This document shows, piece after piece, positions 37,344-47,559 of a stretch of DNA of 64,000 bases. The translations under genes were made by a program, and so were the position numbers. This DNA is from a virus: IMG/VR virus record IMGVR_UViG_3300036832_000786, positions 48,651 through 112,650 of that record; one strand, given 5' to 3'. A model generated the notes under the pieces. It did no database searches. It was not told the DNA's origin and worked only from the letters and a program-made list of their open reading frames with translations. Every line of letters starts with the position of its first letter. The stretch's first letter is position 1.

Positions 37344-38169
37344 TTTCTACGTCACCGAACAGCTTGGCCCGCAACAGGCAATGACACCAGAGGGCTTTCT
37401 GGTGGTCAAAGCGGTGCCGCTGGCGCGCACCGGCAAGCAGCTTTATTCGGACAAGGAGATTCCGATCAAGGGTGACGCTCAGGGCAAGATCATTATCGAT
37501 CGCGACCCGGATGAGGTGTTCCGGCCGCAGACCATTGCCTCATTGCAAGGCAAGCCGATCACCCTCGACCACCCGATGGATGACGTAAACCCTGACAATT
37601 ATCATGAGTTGGCGGTTGGTCACGTCCTCAACCCGCGCCGGGGTACGGGCGTCTTTGATCACCTGTTGATCGGTGACCTAATGATTCATGACAAAAAGGC
37701 GATCGAAGCCATAAGGAATAAGTTGCTACGTGAGGTGTCTGTGGGCTATAGAGCGAATTATCAGGAGACTGGTGACGCTCGCGGACGCCAGACTGACATT
37801 CTGTGCAATCACCTCGCGCTCGTCAAGGACGGGCGTTGCGGTGTCGTCTGCCGGATCGGGGATAAGGCTTTCTTTTCGTTCACCGACACCGAAGACGGTG
37901 ACGACAGCAAGCTGGAGCACTCGGAGGTAAACTACGAGTCTGATGCAGAGGGACCGGACCATTGCGGCATCTGCACTCATTACGAAGGTCACGCCTGTGA
38001 CATCGTTAAACCACCCATCGTCCCTGAAGGGTGGTGCAACCGCTTCGACGCTTCCGTCCGCAGCCGCAAAATTGCCAATACCGGGGATTGGTCCCGTGTC
38101 AACGAGGTCGGCGAGATATACCAGCGCCGCCGGGCGAAACGTGGGCGACACGTCCATATCCATGTTTGA
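37330..38169 (+). CDS. DUF2213 prohead protease-like protein with C-terminal HiPIP-like Cys cluster
   Basis: TPEGFL..PLARTG.Q.Y, EVF...TIASLQGKPITLDHP, EVSVGY, NHLALV..GRCG..C.IGD. Confidence 0.88.
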   Translation: MLTHDFYVTEQLGPQQAMTPEGFLVVKAVPLARTGKQLYSDKEIPIKGDAQGKIIIDRDPDEVFRPQTIASLQGKPITLDHPMDDVNPDNYHELAVGHVLNPRRGTGVFDHLLIGDLMIHDKKAIEAIRNKLLREVSVGYRANYQETGDARGRQTDILCNHLALVKDGRCGVVCRIGDKAFFSFTDTEDGDDSKLEHSEVNYESDAEGPDHCGICTHYEGHACDIVKPPIVPEGWCNRFDASVRSRKIANTGDWSRVNEVGEIYQRRRAKRGRHVHIHV

Positions 38170-38185
38170 GGAAAGGGGTTGACCT

Positions 38186-39166
38186 ATGGCGAGAACAGCA
38201 TGGCTGGACCGTATGGTGCGCCGGGTTCGTGATGCGGACACCGAAGAGGAAGCCCGCGAGGCGACCAAGGACTTTATCGATCCGACCGGCGCGCCAAACG
38301 GCGGCGGCGGTCCTGATGACGGTGACACTCATATCCATCTCCACATGGGCAAAGGTGGCGAAGCGGGAGGCGCAGGTATGGCAGGGGATGACGACCCGCC
38401 GATTGATACGGGTGCTGGCGGGCAGCCGGATATCCAGCAACTCGCTGCCGCCGTTGCCGAATTGTTGCAACGTGTCGAGCAACTTGAAGGCGGCGGCGGC
38501 AACGGTGGCGGGGAAAACGGTGACGACGGCGAGGATGTCGAACTGGAAGACCCGGAAACCAAGGATCGACGGAGGTTCCGTATGCGGCGCGGTGACGCCA
38601 TGACGCGTGATGATGACATTCCGGTGCCGGAACGCCTGGGTGAGGATATGGTCGGCGAAACCGATCTGCCCGGTCTGGAAGACCTGAAGCAGGGTGGTTC
38701 CACGGGTGACCGTCGCCGCTACCGTGATTACGCGCGGACCCACGATTCGGCGGATGCCGAAGACCTGTGGAGTGACACGATGGCGGCGGCCGAGATTCTT
38801 CAACCCGGTGTCAAGGTTCCGACCTTTGATGCGCGGTTGACACTCGAAAGTACCGCACGCCGTCTGTGCGCGTTCCGCCGCCGGGTGCTCGATCACGCGC
38901 TGAGTGACGACAACACTAAGGCGATCATCCACGACGCGATCGGCACGATCGACACCAAGACGCTGACTTGTGACAGTGTCAAAATGGCGTTCAATGCTGC
39001 CGCCGCCCAGGTTCGCGTGCTCAATCGTGGCGGTATGACCCGGCAGGCGGTGACGCGTGACAGTGGGAACGGTGTCGCCCGGCGCGGCCCACCGACAATT
39101 TCCGAGATGAACGCGCAAGCCAAAGAGTTCTGGAACACCCGGAACACCAACGGCGCAACGCGGTAA
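38186..39166 (+). CDS. Capsid scaffold-like protein
   Basis: Acidic low-complexity protein with AEILQPG and EMN...EFW motifs, between the protease and decoration genes. Confidence 0.7.
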   Translation: MARTAWLDRMVRRVRDADTEEEAREATKDFIDPTGAPNGGGGPDDGDTHIHLHMGKGGEAGGAGMAGDDDPPIDTGAGGQPDIQQLAAAVAELLQRVEQLEGGGGNGGGENGDDGEDVELEDPETKDRRRFRMRRGDAMTRDDDIPVPERLGEDMVGETDLPGLEDLKQGGSTGDRRRYRDYARTHDSADAEDLWSDTMAAAEILQPGVKVPTFDARLTLESTARRLCAFRRRVLDHALSDDNTKAIIHDAIGTIDTKTLTCDSVKMAFNAAAAQVRVLNRGGMTRQAVTRDSGNGVARRGPPTISEMNAQAKEFWNTRNTNGATR

Positions 39167-39196
39167 CAGTCACTTTTCGGGTAACAGGAGGGCGCG

Positions 39197-39715
39197 ATGC
39201 CTGATAGTGTTTTCACGTTCCGCATGCCAGCCGGTATTCCTGGCGAATGCAGCCGGTTCAATGTCATCGGCACCACGATCAAGCCGGAAAACCAGAACAG
39301 TACCACACCGTTCACCCTGTTCGGCCAAGTCGGTACCATTGACGCCAACGGGGCGCGCCCCGTCCTGGCGACAGACACCGCGATCCCGCCAGTGGTCGGT
39401 ATCGCGGTGCGTCCGTTCCCGACCAGTGACATGACAGTGGCACTGCCGGGTGTGGTACCTTTTGGTCCCGGTGTTCCCGCGCCACGCGGTGTGATCGATA
39501 TCATGTACCGTGGTTATGTCACCATGAAGCTCAACGGTGCCACGGCGGCAGCGAAGGGCGGCGCGGTGTACGTGTACTACGCCGCCTCTGCCGGTTCCCA
39601 TGTCCAGGCCGGGATCGAAGCGGCGAGCGGTGCCAATCTGTGGCTGTTGACCGGTGCCTATTTCTCTGGCCCGGCCGACGCCCAAGGCAACGTCGAGATC
39701 GCATTCCACATTTAA
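39197..39715 (+). CDS. Head decoration/cement protein
   Basis: RMPAGIPG, GIAVRPFP, RGYV.., VEIAF; immediately upstream of the capsid gene. Confidence 0.75.
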   Translation: MPDSVFTFRMPAGIPGECSRFNVIGTTIKPENQNSTTPFTLFGQVGTIDANGARPVLATDTAIPPVVGIAVRPFPTSDMTVALPGVVPFGPGVPAPRGVIDIMYRGYVTMKLNGATAAAKGGAVYVYYAASAGSHVQAGIEAASGANLWLLTGAYFSGPADAQGNVEIAFHI

Positions 39716-39757
39716 GGTTATGGGGTGACCACCCTGCGATAGAGGAGGGGTAACAAA

Positions 39758-40807
39758 ATGTACGCTCATCAGATGGCGAGCGCGGTAAACGGCGGGTGGC
39801 CAACCCTCGACCGTGCCTACAGTTACACCGATGCCGCAGACGGTAGTGTTCGTACCGTGGACTCTGCGGGTGCCTTTTTGGTGAACGAACTGGAACGGCT
39901 CGACCCGACCTTGCACATGCCGCTGGCGGCGGTGACTTGGTCGCGTGACATCGATCTTCGCGAAGATGTCACGATCGCGGATGAGTCGGCGAGCTTCACC
40001 AACAGTACCTTTGCCGCGCCCGGCGGTATTGTTCCCGCCGGTATTAACTGGGGCGGTAAGGTGTCAACCGCGATCGCCGGTATCGCCACCGATATCAATA
40101 AGACCGCGCAGCCGTTGAACCTCTGGGAAATGGAACTCAAATACTCCATCCCGGAACTCGAGTCCGCGATCAAGGTCGGCCGACCTATTGATCAGCAAAA
40201 GTTTGAGGGATTAAACCTCAAACATCAAATGGACATCGATCAGGTTGTGTACGTGGGTGACTCCACGATGCAGATGACCGGGTTCTACAACAACGCGAGT
40301 ATCACGGTGAATACCGCCGTGGCGGGCGGTGGCGGCTCGACCAAGTGGTCGGGTAAGACACCGGCAGAAATCCTCGCCGATGTGAACACGGTTCTGACCA
40401 ACACCTGGGCCGCGAGCGGTTACTCGGTGATCCCCGATCGCTTGATTGTTCCCCCGGCGCAGTACGGTGTCCTGATCTCGCAGGTTGTCAGTGCCGCTGG
40501 TAACATTTCGACCTTGAAGTTCCTCGAAGAGAACAACCTCGCTGCGCAGCGCGGTGGCAAGCTCGAAATCTATCCGTGCAAGTGGGGCATCGGCATGGGT
40601 GCCGGTGGTACACCGCAGGTATTGGGCACTGTCGATCGGATGATCGCCTACAGCAAAGACCCGCTGCGGGCGCGCTACCCGATGACACCGCTGCAAAAGA
40701 CGCCGATCCAATACCAGGGCATATATCACGTTACAACCTACTACTGCCGCCTGGGGCAGATGGAAGTGATATACCCGTCCACCTTCAGCTACCTCGACGG
40801 CATCTAA
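39758..40807 (+). CDS. Major capsid protein (DUF2184)
   Basis: DSAGAFLVNELERLDP....PL...TWSRDI.LREDV, GRPIDQQK..G..LK.QMDID..VY.GD, Y.DGI end. Confidence 0.92.
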   Translation: MYAHQMASAVNGGWPTLDRAYSYTDAADGSVRTVDSAGAFLVNELERLDPTLHMPLAAVTWSRDIDLREDVTIADESASFTNSTFAAPGGIVPAGINWGGKVSTAIAGIATDINKTAQPLNLWEMELKYSIPELESAIKVGRPIDQQKFEGLNLKHQMDIDQVVYVGDSTMQMTGFYNNASITVNTAVAGGGGSTKWSGKTPAEILADVNTVLTNTWAASGYSVIPDRLIVPPAQYGVLISQVVSAAGNISTLKFLEENNLAAQRGGKLEIYPCKWGIGMGAGGTPQVLGTVDRMIAYSKDPLRARYPMTPLQKTPIQYQGIYHVTTYYCRLGQMEVIYPSTFSYLDGI

Positions 40808-40864
40808 ACGGAACCGTCACTGAGGGTTACGGGTTAGCAGGTTAGTCACTAAGGAGGGCTGGTC

Positions 40865-41392
40865 ATGCCTGATACGGTTTTTGTCACCAACCGCACGGTT
40901 GTGCAGTTGCCCGCGACACCCGACAACCCGGATGGTGGCGTGGTGGTGTTGGAGCCGGGACTCAACGAGGTGCCGGACTACGCAGCGAAGGCACCGTTCC
41001 TCGTCAATCTGGCGCGTGTCTCCGCGCCCGAAGTCAAGCAGGCTCAGGCTGACGCTGAGGCTGCGAAGAAGGTTCTTGAGTCACAAGCACAGGCTTCTCA
41101 AGCGGTTGCCGAGGCACAGAAGGCGAACCTTGACGCCAAGATGAAGGCGGGCGAGGATTGGGCCGGAAAACGTCAAGCGGCGATGGATAAAGGGTTACCG
41201 TTCGCTGAGCCGCACCCCGATCCGGTGACCGAACAGTCTATTGTGCTGACCTCGCCGCCGCACGTTTACTCTGCCGCCGGGTTTATCGGCAAAGCCGAGC
41301 CGCTTGGTGGTGGTGCCGGTGGTGCGGCGCAACACGCGCCCCGTGTCACACCCGACACTGGTGAACATCACGGGGGCCGCGCCACCAAGTAG
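40865..41392 (+). CDS. Hypothetical virion-associated protein
   Basis: AAGGAGG RBS; follows the capsid gene. Confidence 0.7.
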   Translation: MPDTVFVTNRTVVQLPATPDNPDGGVVVLEPGLNEVPDYAAKAPFLVNLARVSAPEVKQAQADAEAAKKVLESQAQASQAVAEAQKANLDAKMKAGEDWAGKRQAAMDKGLPFAEPHPDPVTEQSIVLTSPPHVYSAAGFIGKAEPLGGGAGGAAQHAPRVTPDTGEHHGGRATK

Positions 41393-41738
41393 GTGACCAA
41401 TGGCTGATGTGACGGATTACACCCAAATTTATCTGTCACCGTCCTGTGAGAAGTGTAAGGGTGAAGAGCGGACTTGGTGTCAGTCGGACGTGTACGATCC
41501 ATGCCCGGAGTGCGGTCGGGTATCGACTTGTTACCTTGCGGCTGACCAAGTCCACGCGCTGATGGAACAGGTGAGGCAGGCGGGTTTCTGATGGCCGATT
41601 TGACCAACCGTGAAGAGCGCGTCCGCCAGCGTGCCGAGGAACTTTGGCGGGAAGCGGGTCAGCCCCAAGGCCGCGACGAAGAGTTCTGGCGAGAGGCTGA
41701 GAAGGAGATCGACGCGGACCCATCACCGGAGGTGTGAC

Positions 41739-42356
41739 ATGCCGCTGACCCCGAAGGGTACCAAAATTATGTCCTCGATGAAGGAACAATATGGTTCCGA
41801 AAAGGGTGAGAGCGTGTTCTACGCATCGAAAAACAAGGGAAAGATTACCGGTGTTGACAGTACCAAGGTGACTCATTCCCGCTCGATACCGGGGTTAGGG
41901 AGAACCACAGTGACACATACCAATGATGTCGAACAACAGATCACTGGCGCTCTCCCGGTTCCCGAACGTCACAAGGATTTGCTGGGCGAGGTGTCCGAAC
42001 CGGAAACCACACCGCGTGGTCCGATGGTTGAAGCTAAACCGCCGGAAAGAAACAAGAATGCCGGTGATGCTGGCAATATCGTCAAGGGTGATCCTGGCCC
42101 GCCGCCGCTGTCATCTATGTTCAATCCCAAAAAGCTGGGTGACGCCAAAAAGAAGTCCGAGGATCAGTCCAGCACCTTTTTGAATGTGCAATCCGGCGCG
42201 GCAATGAACAATCTGGGCGGGAACATCCCGACACCTAATATCAGTGCCACGCCGGGCGCGCCGTCGAGTTCCTCGACCACACCACCGGTTTCGACCGGTG
42301 ATTCTTTGCGTGCGATGAACGTTGCCAATCGGCAGTTTTGGTCACGCAAGCGGTAA
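41739..42356 (+). CDS. Hypothetical protein (MPLTPKG..QYG..KG..VFYAS.NKG motif)
   Basis: GGAGG RBS before ATG 41739; the C-terminal MN..NRQFW resembles the scaffold end. Confidence 0.65.
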   Translation: MPLTPKGTKIMSSMKEQYGSEKGESVFYASKNKGKITGVDSTKVTHSRSIPGLGRTTVTHTNDVEQQITGALPVPERHKDLLGEVSEPETTPRGPMVEAKPPERNKNAGDAGNIVKGDPGPPPLSSMFNPKKLGDAKKKSEDQSSTFLNVQSGAAMNNLGGNIPTPNISATPGAPSSSSTTPPVSTGDSLRAMNVANRQFWSRKR

Positions 42357-42523
42357 AACGGCGATGGAAACCAGTGAACTGATCTCGCATCGCCGTCCAT
42401 GCCTGCCGGGTCGCGTCCCGCCATGCCAAGCCAAGCCTTGTCGGGTCATACCGGGCCATGCCCCGTCTGCCTGGGTACTTTATCCCGTTTGGGTCACGGC
42501 ACGCAAGCGTTAGGGAGAGTATC

Positions 42524-42751
42524 ATGGCGAAACCAAAGGCGGGAGTTCCCGTCGTCATTAGGGGCGTGATGTCGAACACCGCCCCCGTTTACGAATATGA
42601 TATCATTGTGATGACCGGCAATTCACCTAATGTTGAAGAGTTGCTGGCGCAGCTTAATGAGTTGGGGAGCCAGGGCTGGCACATGGTCAGCACGGGGGGG
42701 GGGCGGTACATCTTTATGGAGCGTCCGAGAGTGGATACGCCAGAGGGCTAA
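42524..42751 (+). CDS. DUF4177-like small protein
   Basis: YEY..LNELGSQGW..VS..YIF..P. Confidence 0.6.
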   Translation: MAKPKAGVPVVIRGVMSNTAPVYEYDIIVMTGNSPNVEELLAQLNELGSQGWHMVSTGGGRYIFMERPRVDTPEG

Positions 42752-42754
42752 GAC

Positions 42755-43129
42755 ATGACTGTCACCTATATCAATTCGCTTAAAGACACGCGGATGACCA
42801 GTGTCATCACGGCGTTTGATGCGGGCGCGTCGTTTGCCACACTGGAAATCTGCACGGCAGCTTATGCCACGGTGTTGTGCATCATCACGCTGAGCAAGCC
42901 GTCCTTTACCGAGGCGTCCCAAGCGATCACAATGGCAGGCGTTCCCAAGAGCGGCACTGCGAGTGCTTCCGGCACGGCGGCAGCGGCTAGGATCAAGGAC
43001 AGTAACGCCAACGTCGTTGTCAACAACCTGACGGTTGGTACTTCGGGTAGTGACATCAACCTGAACAGTACCTCGATCACCAACGGGCAGACGGTGACAA
43101 TTACCGCCGGGACCATCACGCACGGGTGA
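42755..43129 (+). CDS. Putative virion structural protein
   Basis: Thr/Ala/Gly-rich beta protein; ASGTAAAARIKDS..VGTSGSDI.L.ST.I..GQTV. Confidence 0.7.
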   Translation: MTVTYINSLKDTRMTSVITAFDAGASFATLEICTAAYATVLCIITLSKPSFTEASQAITMAGVPKSGTASASGTAAAARIKDSNANVVVNNLTVGTSGSDINLNSTSITNGQTVTITAGTITHG

Positions 43130-43132
43130 CGC

Positions 43133-43501
43133 ATGACTTGGGTCCGCTCCGGATTTTGCATTCGTTGCGGTGAATGCTGTTACGGCGATCCGTTTCTGAG
43201 TGACGCCGCCGATCCGCGTATCAGTCCGGCGATGCGCGAGCCGCCGCAGCGTATGGGTTGGTGTCCGTTACTGCGTTTCCACGAAGGTGACCCAAAGGGA
43301 AACACCACCTGTATCGGTCACATAGGCGAAGTCCCGGCTGGCCAGGAAGACCCTTACTACATGAGCGGGTGCAATGTCTGGCCGGACCATCCCGATCAGA
43401 TACGCGATTATCCGTCTTGCACCTACACGTTCGAATGGGTCGATCTGCCGCCGATCACCGGCTCACTCACCGTTTCTGATCCTGGTGACGAACTGGCCTA
43501 A
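43133..43501 (+). CDS. CxxCxxCC (YkgJ-like) Fe-S/Zn protein
   Basis: GFCIRCGECC..CPLL..C..C..WP..C. Confidence 0.7.
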   Translation: MTWVRSGFCIRCGECCYGDPFLSDAADPRISPAMREPPQRMGWCPLLRFHEGDPKGNTTCIGHIGEVPAGQEDPYYMSGCNVWPDHPDQIRDYPSCTYTFEWVDLPPITGSLTVSDPGDELA

Positions 43502-43503
43502 AC

Positions 43504-44616
43504 ATGGCCATAAAGACACTCTATCTTCTCAATACCGCTGCGGCCACGCCGAATTGGAATGGCAGTATCCAAGACGGCGGCACCGCGCCGACCGGTGCCA
43601 ATGCGGCCTTTGGCTGGGGGCCAGCTAAGACCGCTGTCACGACACCGTATTTTCAGGGGCGTATCGGTGCGACGGCGACTGTTACTACCGCTTCAGCGTC
43701 TTCGTATATTTCGGGGGCCAGTGCGCCGCTAGTCGGTACTGGCAACAGTGTTACCACGGCAAGCGACAGTTTTGTCAGTCCCACGCCTTATACCGGTGTC
43801 TTCGCCAGCGGTAACTGGACGTTTAATTTTGGCTTTCGCGAAACTACGGCGGGTGTAACTGGACATGTCAATTTCCGAGTGTGGGCGGGCACCAATCCAA
43901 ATGGTACGGGGGCACGGTCACTAGCGGCGATCCAGACTGGTTCGACAATCACACTTTCGTCTAGCACGACCACATACACCTCGACAGCAACCTGGGCCGC
44001 GCCGCAGATCACCCTCAACAATGAATATTTGTTTATTCAGGTCGAATGGCAAGAAACCACCGCTGGAACGGCCAATAATAACAATGCCTTTTTCTACCAG
44101 TCGGGTTCAACGATTGTCACTACCGATTTCCAGGCGACGATCACCGGTACGCTGGGCGCGACCGATATTATTGATGTCTCCAGCATGGCGGGTAGGGGTA
44201 ACGCTTTTGGTCCGTTAGCCTCGACCGAAGCGTTTGACGTTGCGGCTTTCGCAGGCGGTCCCGACACCGCGCAGTTTGCCGGTGGCCCGGTTATCGGTGT
44301 GGTGCTCGACGCGACCGAAGAGGGTGACACTGCGCAGTTTGTCGGCGGTGTCTACGGAACTGGTGTCCTCGATGTCACTGATCAGCCAGATGTTGTTACT
44401 ATTCAGGGTGCGGTCCATTCCCATAATTCGGTGTCTGGCGTGCCCGGTGTGATACCGGAGGTGCCCTATGACCGATACACCTACGAGATCAATTCTCGCG
44501 TGGCCGCGTCTGGTTCTGGGGGCCGCAGCATGGGTAGTGGTAGCGATGATCGTGTGGTTGGTGGTAGTAATGGTGGGCGTGTAGTAGCCGTTCCCCCGTT
44601 GAGGAGGGCAGCATAA
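43504..44616 (+). CDS. Putative virion structural/fibre protein
   Basis: Thr/Ala/Gly-rich 370-aa ORF in the head-neck region. Confidence 0.65.
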   Translation: MAIKTLYLLNTAAATPNWNGSIQDGGTAPTGANAAFGWGPAKTAVTTPYFQGRIGATATVTTASASSYISGASAPLVGTGNSVTTASDSFVSPTPYTGVFASGNWTFNFGFRETTAGVTGHVNFRVWAGTNPNGTGARSLAAIQTGSTITLSSSTTTYTSTATWAAPQITLNNEYLFIQVEWQETTAGTANNNNAFFYQSGSTIVTTDFQATITGTLGATDIIDVSSMAGRGNAFGPLASTEAFDVAAFAGGPDTAQFAGGPVIGVVLDATEEGDTAQFVGGVYGTGVLDVTDQPDVVTIQGAVHSHNSVSGVPGVIPEVPYDRYTYEINSRVAASGSGGRSMGSGSDDRVVGGSNGGRVVAVPPLRRAA

Positions 44617-45374
44617 TGGCAGCGGCATTTGGCTCGATCAAGCCTGCCCCGGCGTCCGACTTCTTTGTCTTCGACTTCACCCAGCAAATCGGCCCGATGG
44701 GCGGTACGATCACCGCCGCCATATGGACGGTGACGATCGACCCGTCGTCACCGATATCCGATCCCGATCCGACGAGCCGCATCCTGCAAACGCCGACCTA
44801 TTCCAGTACAAAGACATCGGCGATGCTGGGCGAGATGATCGACGGTGTCTATTATATCATCAACGCCGAGGTGACGCTCAGTGACGAACGGGTGCTCCTC
44901 GATTCGGCCACCCTTCAGTGCACGTCGAAGGAGGCGGCCGACGCCACGCTGACGGTCGGCCAATTCCGCATCAACTTCCCGGCGTTTGCCGACACCGCAC
45001 GGTTTACTGACGGTGAGGTGCAGTACTGGATCAATCAAGCCTGCCAGCCGCCCAATACGACACCAGCGATCAATCAATACCGCTGGGGGCAATTTTATCA
45101 GCTTGGCTTGCAGCTATGGGTGGCGCATAATCTGGCCGTTCAGGATATGCTCAACCAGCGGGCGGGATTTCCGGGGATGCCCGGTGCGACGTATATGTCG
45201 ACCCCGCTGACAGGTTCTGGTGTCGCGAGTTCTAAGTCGGTCGATGGTGTCAGTTTGAGTTACGACAACCAGATCGGCATGGAACATGACGCGGGATGGT
45301 GGGGTATGACACCGTGGGGGAACCAGTTCCTCTACTACCTGCGGATGGCAGGCGCAGCCCCAATCCAGTTGTGA
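44616..45374 (+). CDS. Head-tail adaptor (DUF4054) with N-terminal extra domain
   Basis: FR..FPAFAD, L.VAHNL, SKSVDGVS.SYD, W..T.WG.QF. Confidence 0.8.
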   Translation: MAAAFGSIKPAPASDFFVFDFTQQIGPMGGTITAAIWTVTIDPSSPISDPDPTSRILQTPTYSSTKTSAMLGEMIDGVYYIINAEVTLSDERVLLDSATLQCTSKEAADATLTVGQFRINFPAFADTARFTDGEVQYWINQACQPPNTTPAINQYRWGQFYQLGLQLWVAHNLAVQDMLNQRAGFPGMPGATYMSTPLTGSGVASSKSVDGVSLSYDNQIGMEHDAGWWGMTPWGNQFLYYLRMAGAAPIQL

Positions 45375-45508
45375 CATGGAACAGCGCACAGTCCTGACGA
45401 TCAACGTCCTCAGAGCTTTGAAGGCGTTTTGGATCGCACAACCGGGTCAGATCGAGGAAGCGAACGCTCTACGGGAACTTTACCGTGCGCTCGATGCTTA
45501 CTTAGGAG

Positions 45509-45850
45509 GTGACAATGAGTCCAACAATGGCAAAGAAACTTCAACGTAACATCGACTATCACGCGTCGATGGCGGAACATTACCAAGGTAAGGTGGACGA
45601 TAAAAAGAAGAATGGAGAGTCACCGCCAAAGGAAAACAGTCGCAGTACCAAGCCAACCGCCTCCGCGCAGCCGCCGCAGACTGACCAGGATCAGGTGTTG
45701 GCCGAGCTTCACGCGGGTGTCGTGGAACAGCTTATGCCCATTTTGAAGGCGGGGGTGGAACTGGATGCCATCGCGACCGCGCAACAGAGTATGCCGGTAC
45801 AGCGCAACCTCAGTGGTGACCTGAAGCCTTCGGCGGGCCGGTTACACTAG
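45509..45850 (+). CDS. Hypothetical protein
   Basis: AGGAGG RBS. Confidence 0.6.
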   Translation: MTMSPTMAKKLQRNIDYHASMAEHYQGKVDDKKKNGESPPKENSRSTKPTASAQPPQTDQDQVLAELHAGVVEQLMPILKAGVELDAIATAQQSMPVQRNLSGDLKPSAGRLH

Positions 45851-45851
45851 G

Positions 45852-46439
45852 ATGGCGCAGGGTCGGCGGGTCAACGCGCACCTGGAAGTGCTTGTGGACA
45901 ACCATCAAATGGTGGCCGATGCAATCAAGCGACTGGCCAATACTACCGTTATGGTCGGTATCCCGTCCGATCAGGAACAACCGCACTTTGACGAAAAAGG
46001 CAGTCAAGCCAAGGGAACCGAAAAGCGCACCGACACCCCGGCAGGGATCGGCAACGCCAACATCGGGTACATCCACGAAACGGGGGCGGGGAATGTTCCG
46101 CCGCGTCCCTGGCTTAGCCCCGGTGTCAGAAACAACCAACGACAATGGATAGCCTATATGCGGCGGGCCGGTGTCTTGTCATTCCAGGGTAAGCCGGATG
46201 CGGCAGACAAGGCGTGGCACGCGGCGGGGATGAACGCGGTGGACGGGGTCAAGGATCGTATCCAATCCAACATCCCGCCGCCACTGTCGGAGGTGACGGT
46301 GGCGCGCCGTCGTCAGCGTTCGGCCGGTAGCAGTTACCGGCGAAAGGCGACAACCGCCAACGAAACCACCGCGCTTATTGACACTGCCCAGTTGATAAAT
46401 AGTGTCTCGTATGTAGTTCGGCACAGAGGAAAAAACTGA
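45852..46439 (+). CDS. Neck/tail-completion protein
   Basis: VMVGIP, IGYIHETG, PPRPWL.PG, PPL...T...R, LIDTAQL.NSVSYVV. Confidence 0.8.
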   Translation: MAQGRRVNAHLEVLVDNHQMVADAIKRLANTTVMVGIPSDQEQPHFDEKGSQAKGTEKRTDTPAGIGNANIGYIHETGAGNVPPRPWLSPGVRNNQRQWIAYMRRAGVLSFQGKPDAADKAWHAAGMNAVDGVKDRIQSNIPPPLSEVTVARRRQRSAGSSYRRKATTANETTALIDTAQLINSVSYVVRHRGKN

Positions 46440-46870
46440 TGCCAAGTTTGGACGTGACAGAGGCTTTTGATGTCTCGTTCTGGGATCAGATCGTGGTGAT
46501 CCGCCGGGTGGCGACTGTCGGTGCCAAGGGTCGGGTGACAACCAAAGATACGCCAATGTCGGCATTGGCAGTAGTCACCGCAGCGTCACCAGTTGATCTA
46601 CAGAGGGTGCCCGAATGGGGGATGATGAACAAGACGATCTCGCTCTACACCCCGTTCCGCTTGCAGGGACCGGCCACCGATGAAGCGGGAAATGTCACTC
46701 ATCCCGATGAGATACTGTGGTGTAACTCCCTGTATATCGTCAATTTCCTGGAGGATTACTCGCGGTACGGACGCGGTTTTGTCCACGCGGTAGCTACCTC
46801 GAAACACAATGTGGACTACGCGCCGACCCCGCTGCCCATCCCGATACCGACACCGATAGGAACTGCGTGA
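46439..46870 (+). CDS. Head closure protein
   Basis: MP.LDVT, DLQRVPE, PD.ILW, YSRYG.GF; synteny. Confidence 0.7.
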   Translation: MPSLDVTEAFDVSFWDQIVVIRRVATVGAKGRVTTKDTPMSALAVVTAASPVDLQRVPEWGMMNKTISLYTPFRLQGPATDEAGNVTHPDEILWCNSLYIVNFLEDYSRYGRGFVHAVATSKHNVDYAPTPLPIPIPTPIGTA

Positions 46871-47559
46871 TGGCGTTTGTCACCGACAGCCGGTTAGCGG
46901 GATATCTGGGTCCGGCGTCACCGGGGCCGGAACCGACCGAAGACGATACCTGGGAAGACTTCCTGCATGATGTCTTTGCCGGTATCACCGGGCTGCCTGA
47001 TGATATGGTGCGGCCACGCTGGCAAGAGGAACCGCCACTGCGGCCGGATATTGGTGTTGATTGGATGGCGTTTGGCACCCAATCGACGCGCACCGATTTC
47101 GCCCCGGTGACGATCCATTTCGACAATATTGGTGACGGTTACGACGCGATGCAGGAAATGGAGGAACTCGACATCCTGTGTTCGTTCTATGGACCCAATG
47201 CCGAGAAGTACCAAAGCTACCTGCGGCGCGGTTTGTATGTTGATCAGAATCAATCGGTATTTCGTGCGAATGCTGTCGGTATGGTGTCCACGACCGGGTT
47301 CACCCGCGCGGCGGAATTCTTCAAGGAACGCTGGTGGCCGCGCAGTGACATGACGGTGACCCTGCGCCGCGAAGTCAGGATGAACTACAATGTGCTGAAC
47401 CTGTTGGGCGCGAAGGGTACGCTCACCGCGCAGCCACCCGGCCGGTTTGATGTCATCCACGATGATTTTGACACCAGTGTCACGTTGGCTGACGAGACAC
47501 ATTGGGATGGTCAAGCGACTCAATGGGATGGCGGTGACACTCGGTGGGACGTGCCATGA
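46870..47559 (+). CDS. Tail terminator/neck protein
   Basis: GITGLP..MVRPRWQ..PP, W.AFG, CSFYGP.A, GL...QN. Confidence 0.75.
   Translation: MAFVTDSRLAGYLGPASPGPEPTEDDTWEDFLHDVFAGITGLPDDMVRPRWQEEPPLRPDIGVDWMAFGTQSTRTDFAPVTIHFDNIGDGYDAMQEMEELDILCSFYGPNAEKYQSYLRRGLYVDQNQSVFRANAVGMVSTTGFTRAAEFFKERWWPRSDMTVTLRREVRMNYNVLNLLGAKGTLTAQPPGRFDVIHDDFDTSVTLADETHWDGQATQWDGGDTRWDVP

Noticed and set aside
42694-42703. G10 homopolymer as a phase-variation switch
   Set aside because: It is in frame, encodes a Gly run in a small gene, and no length variation can be shown from one sequence.
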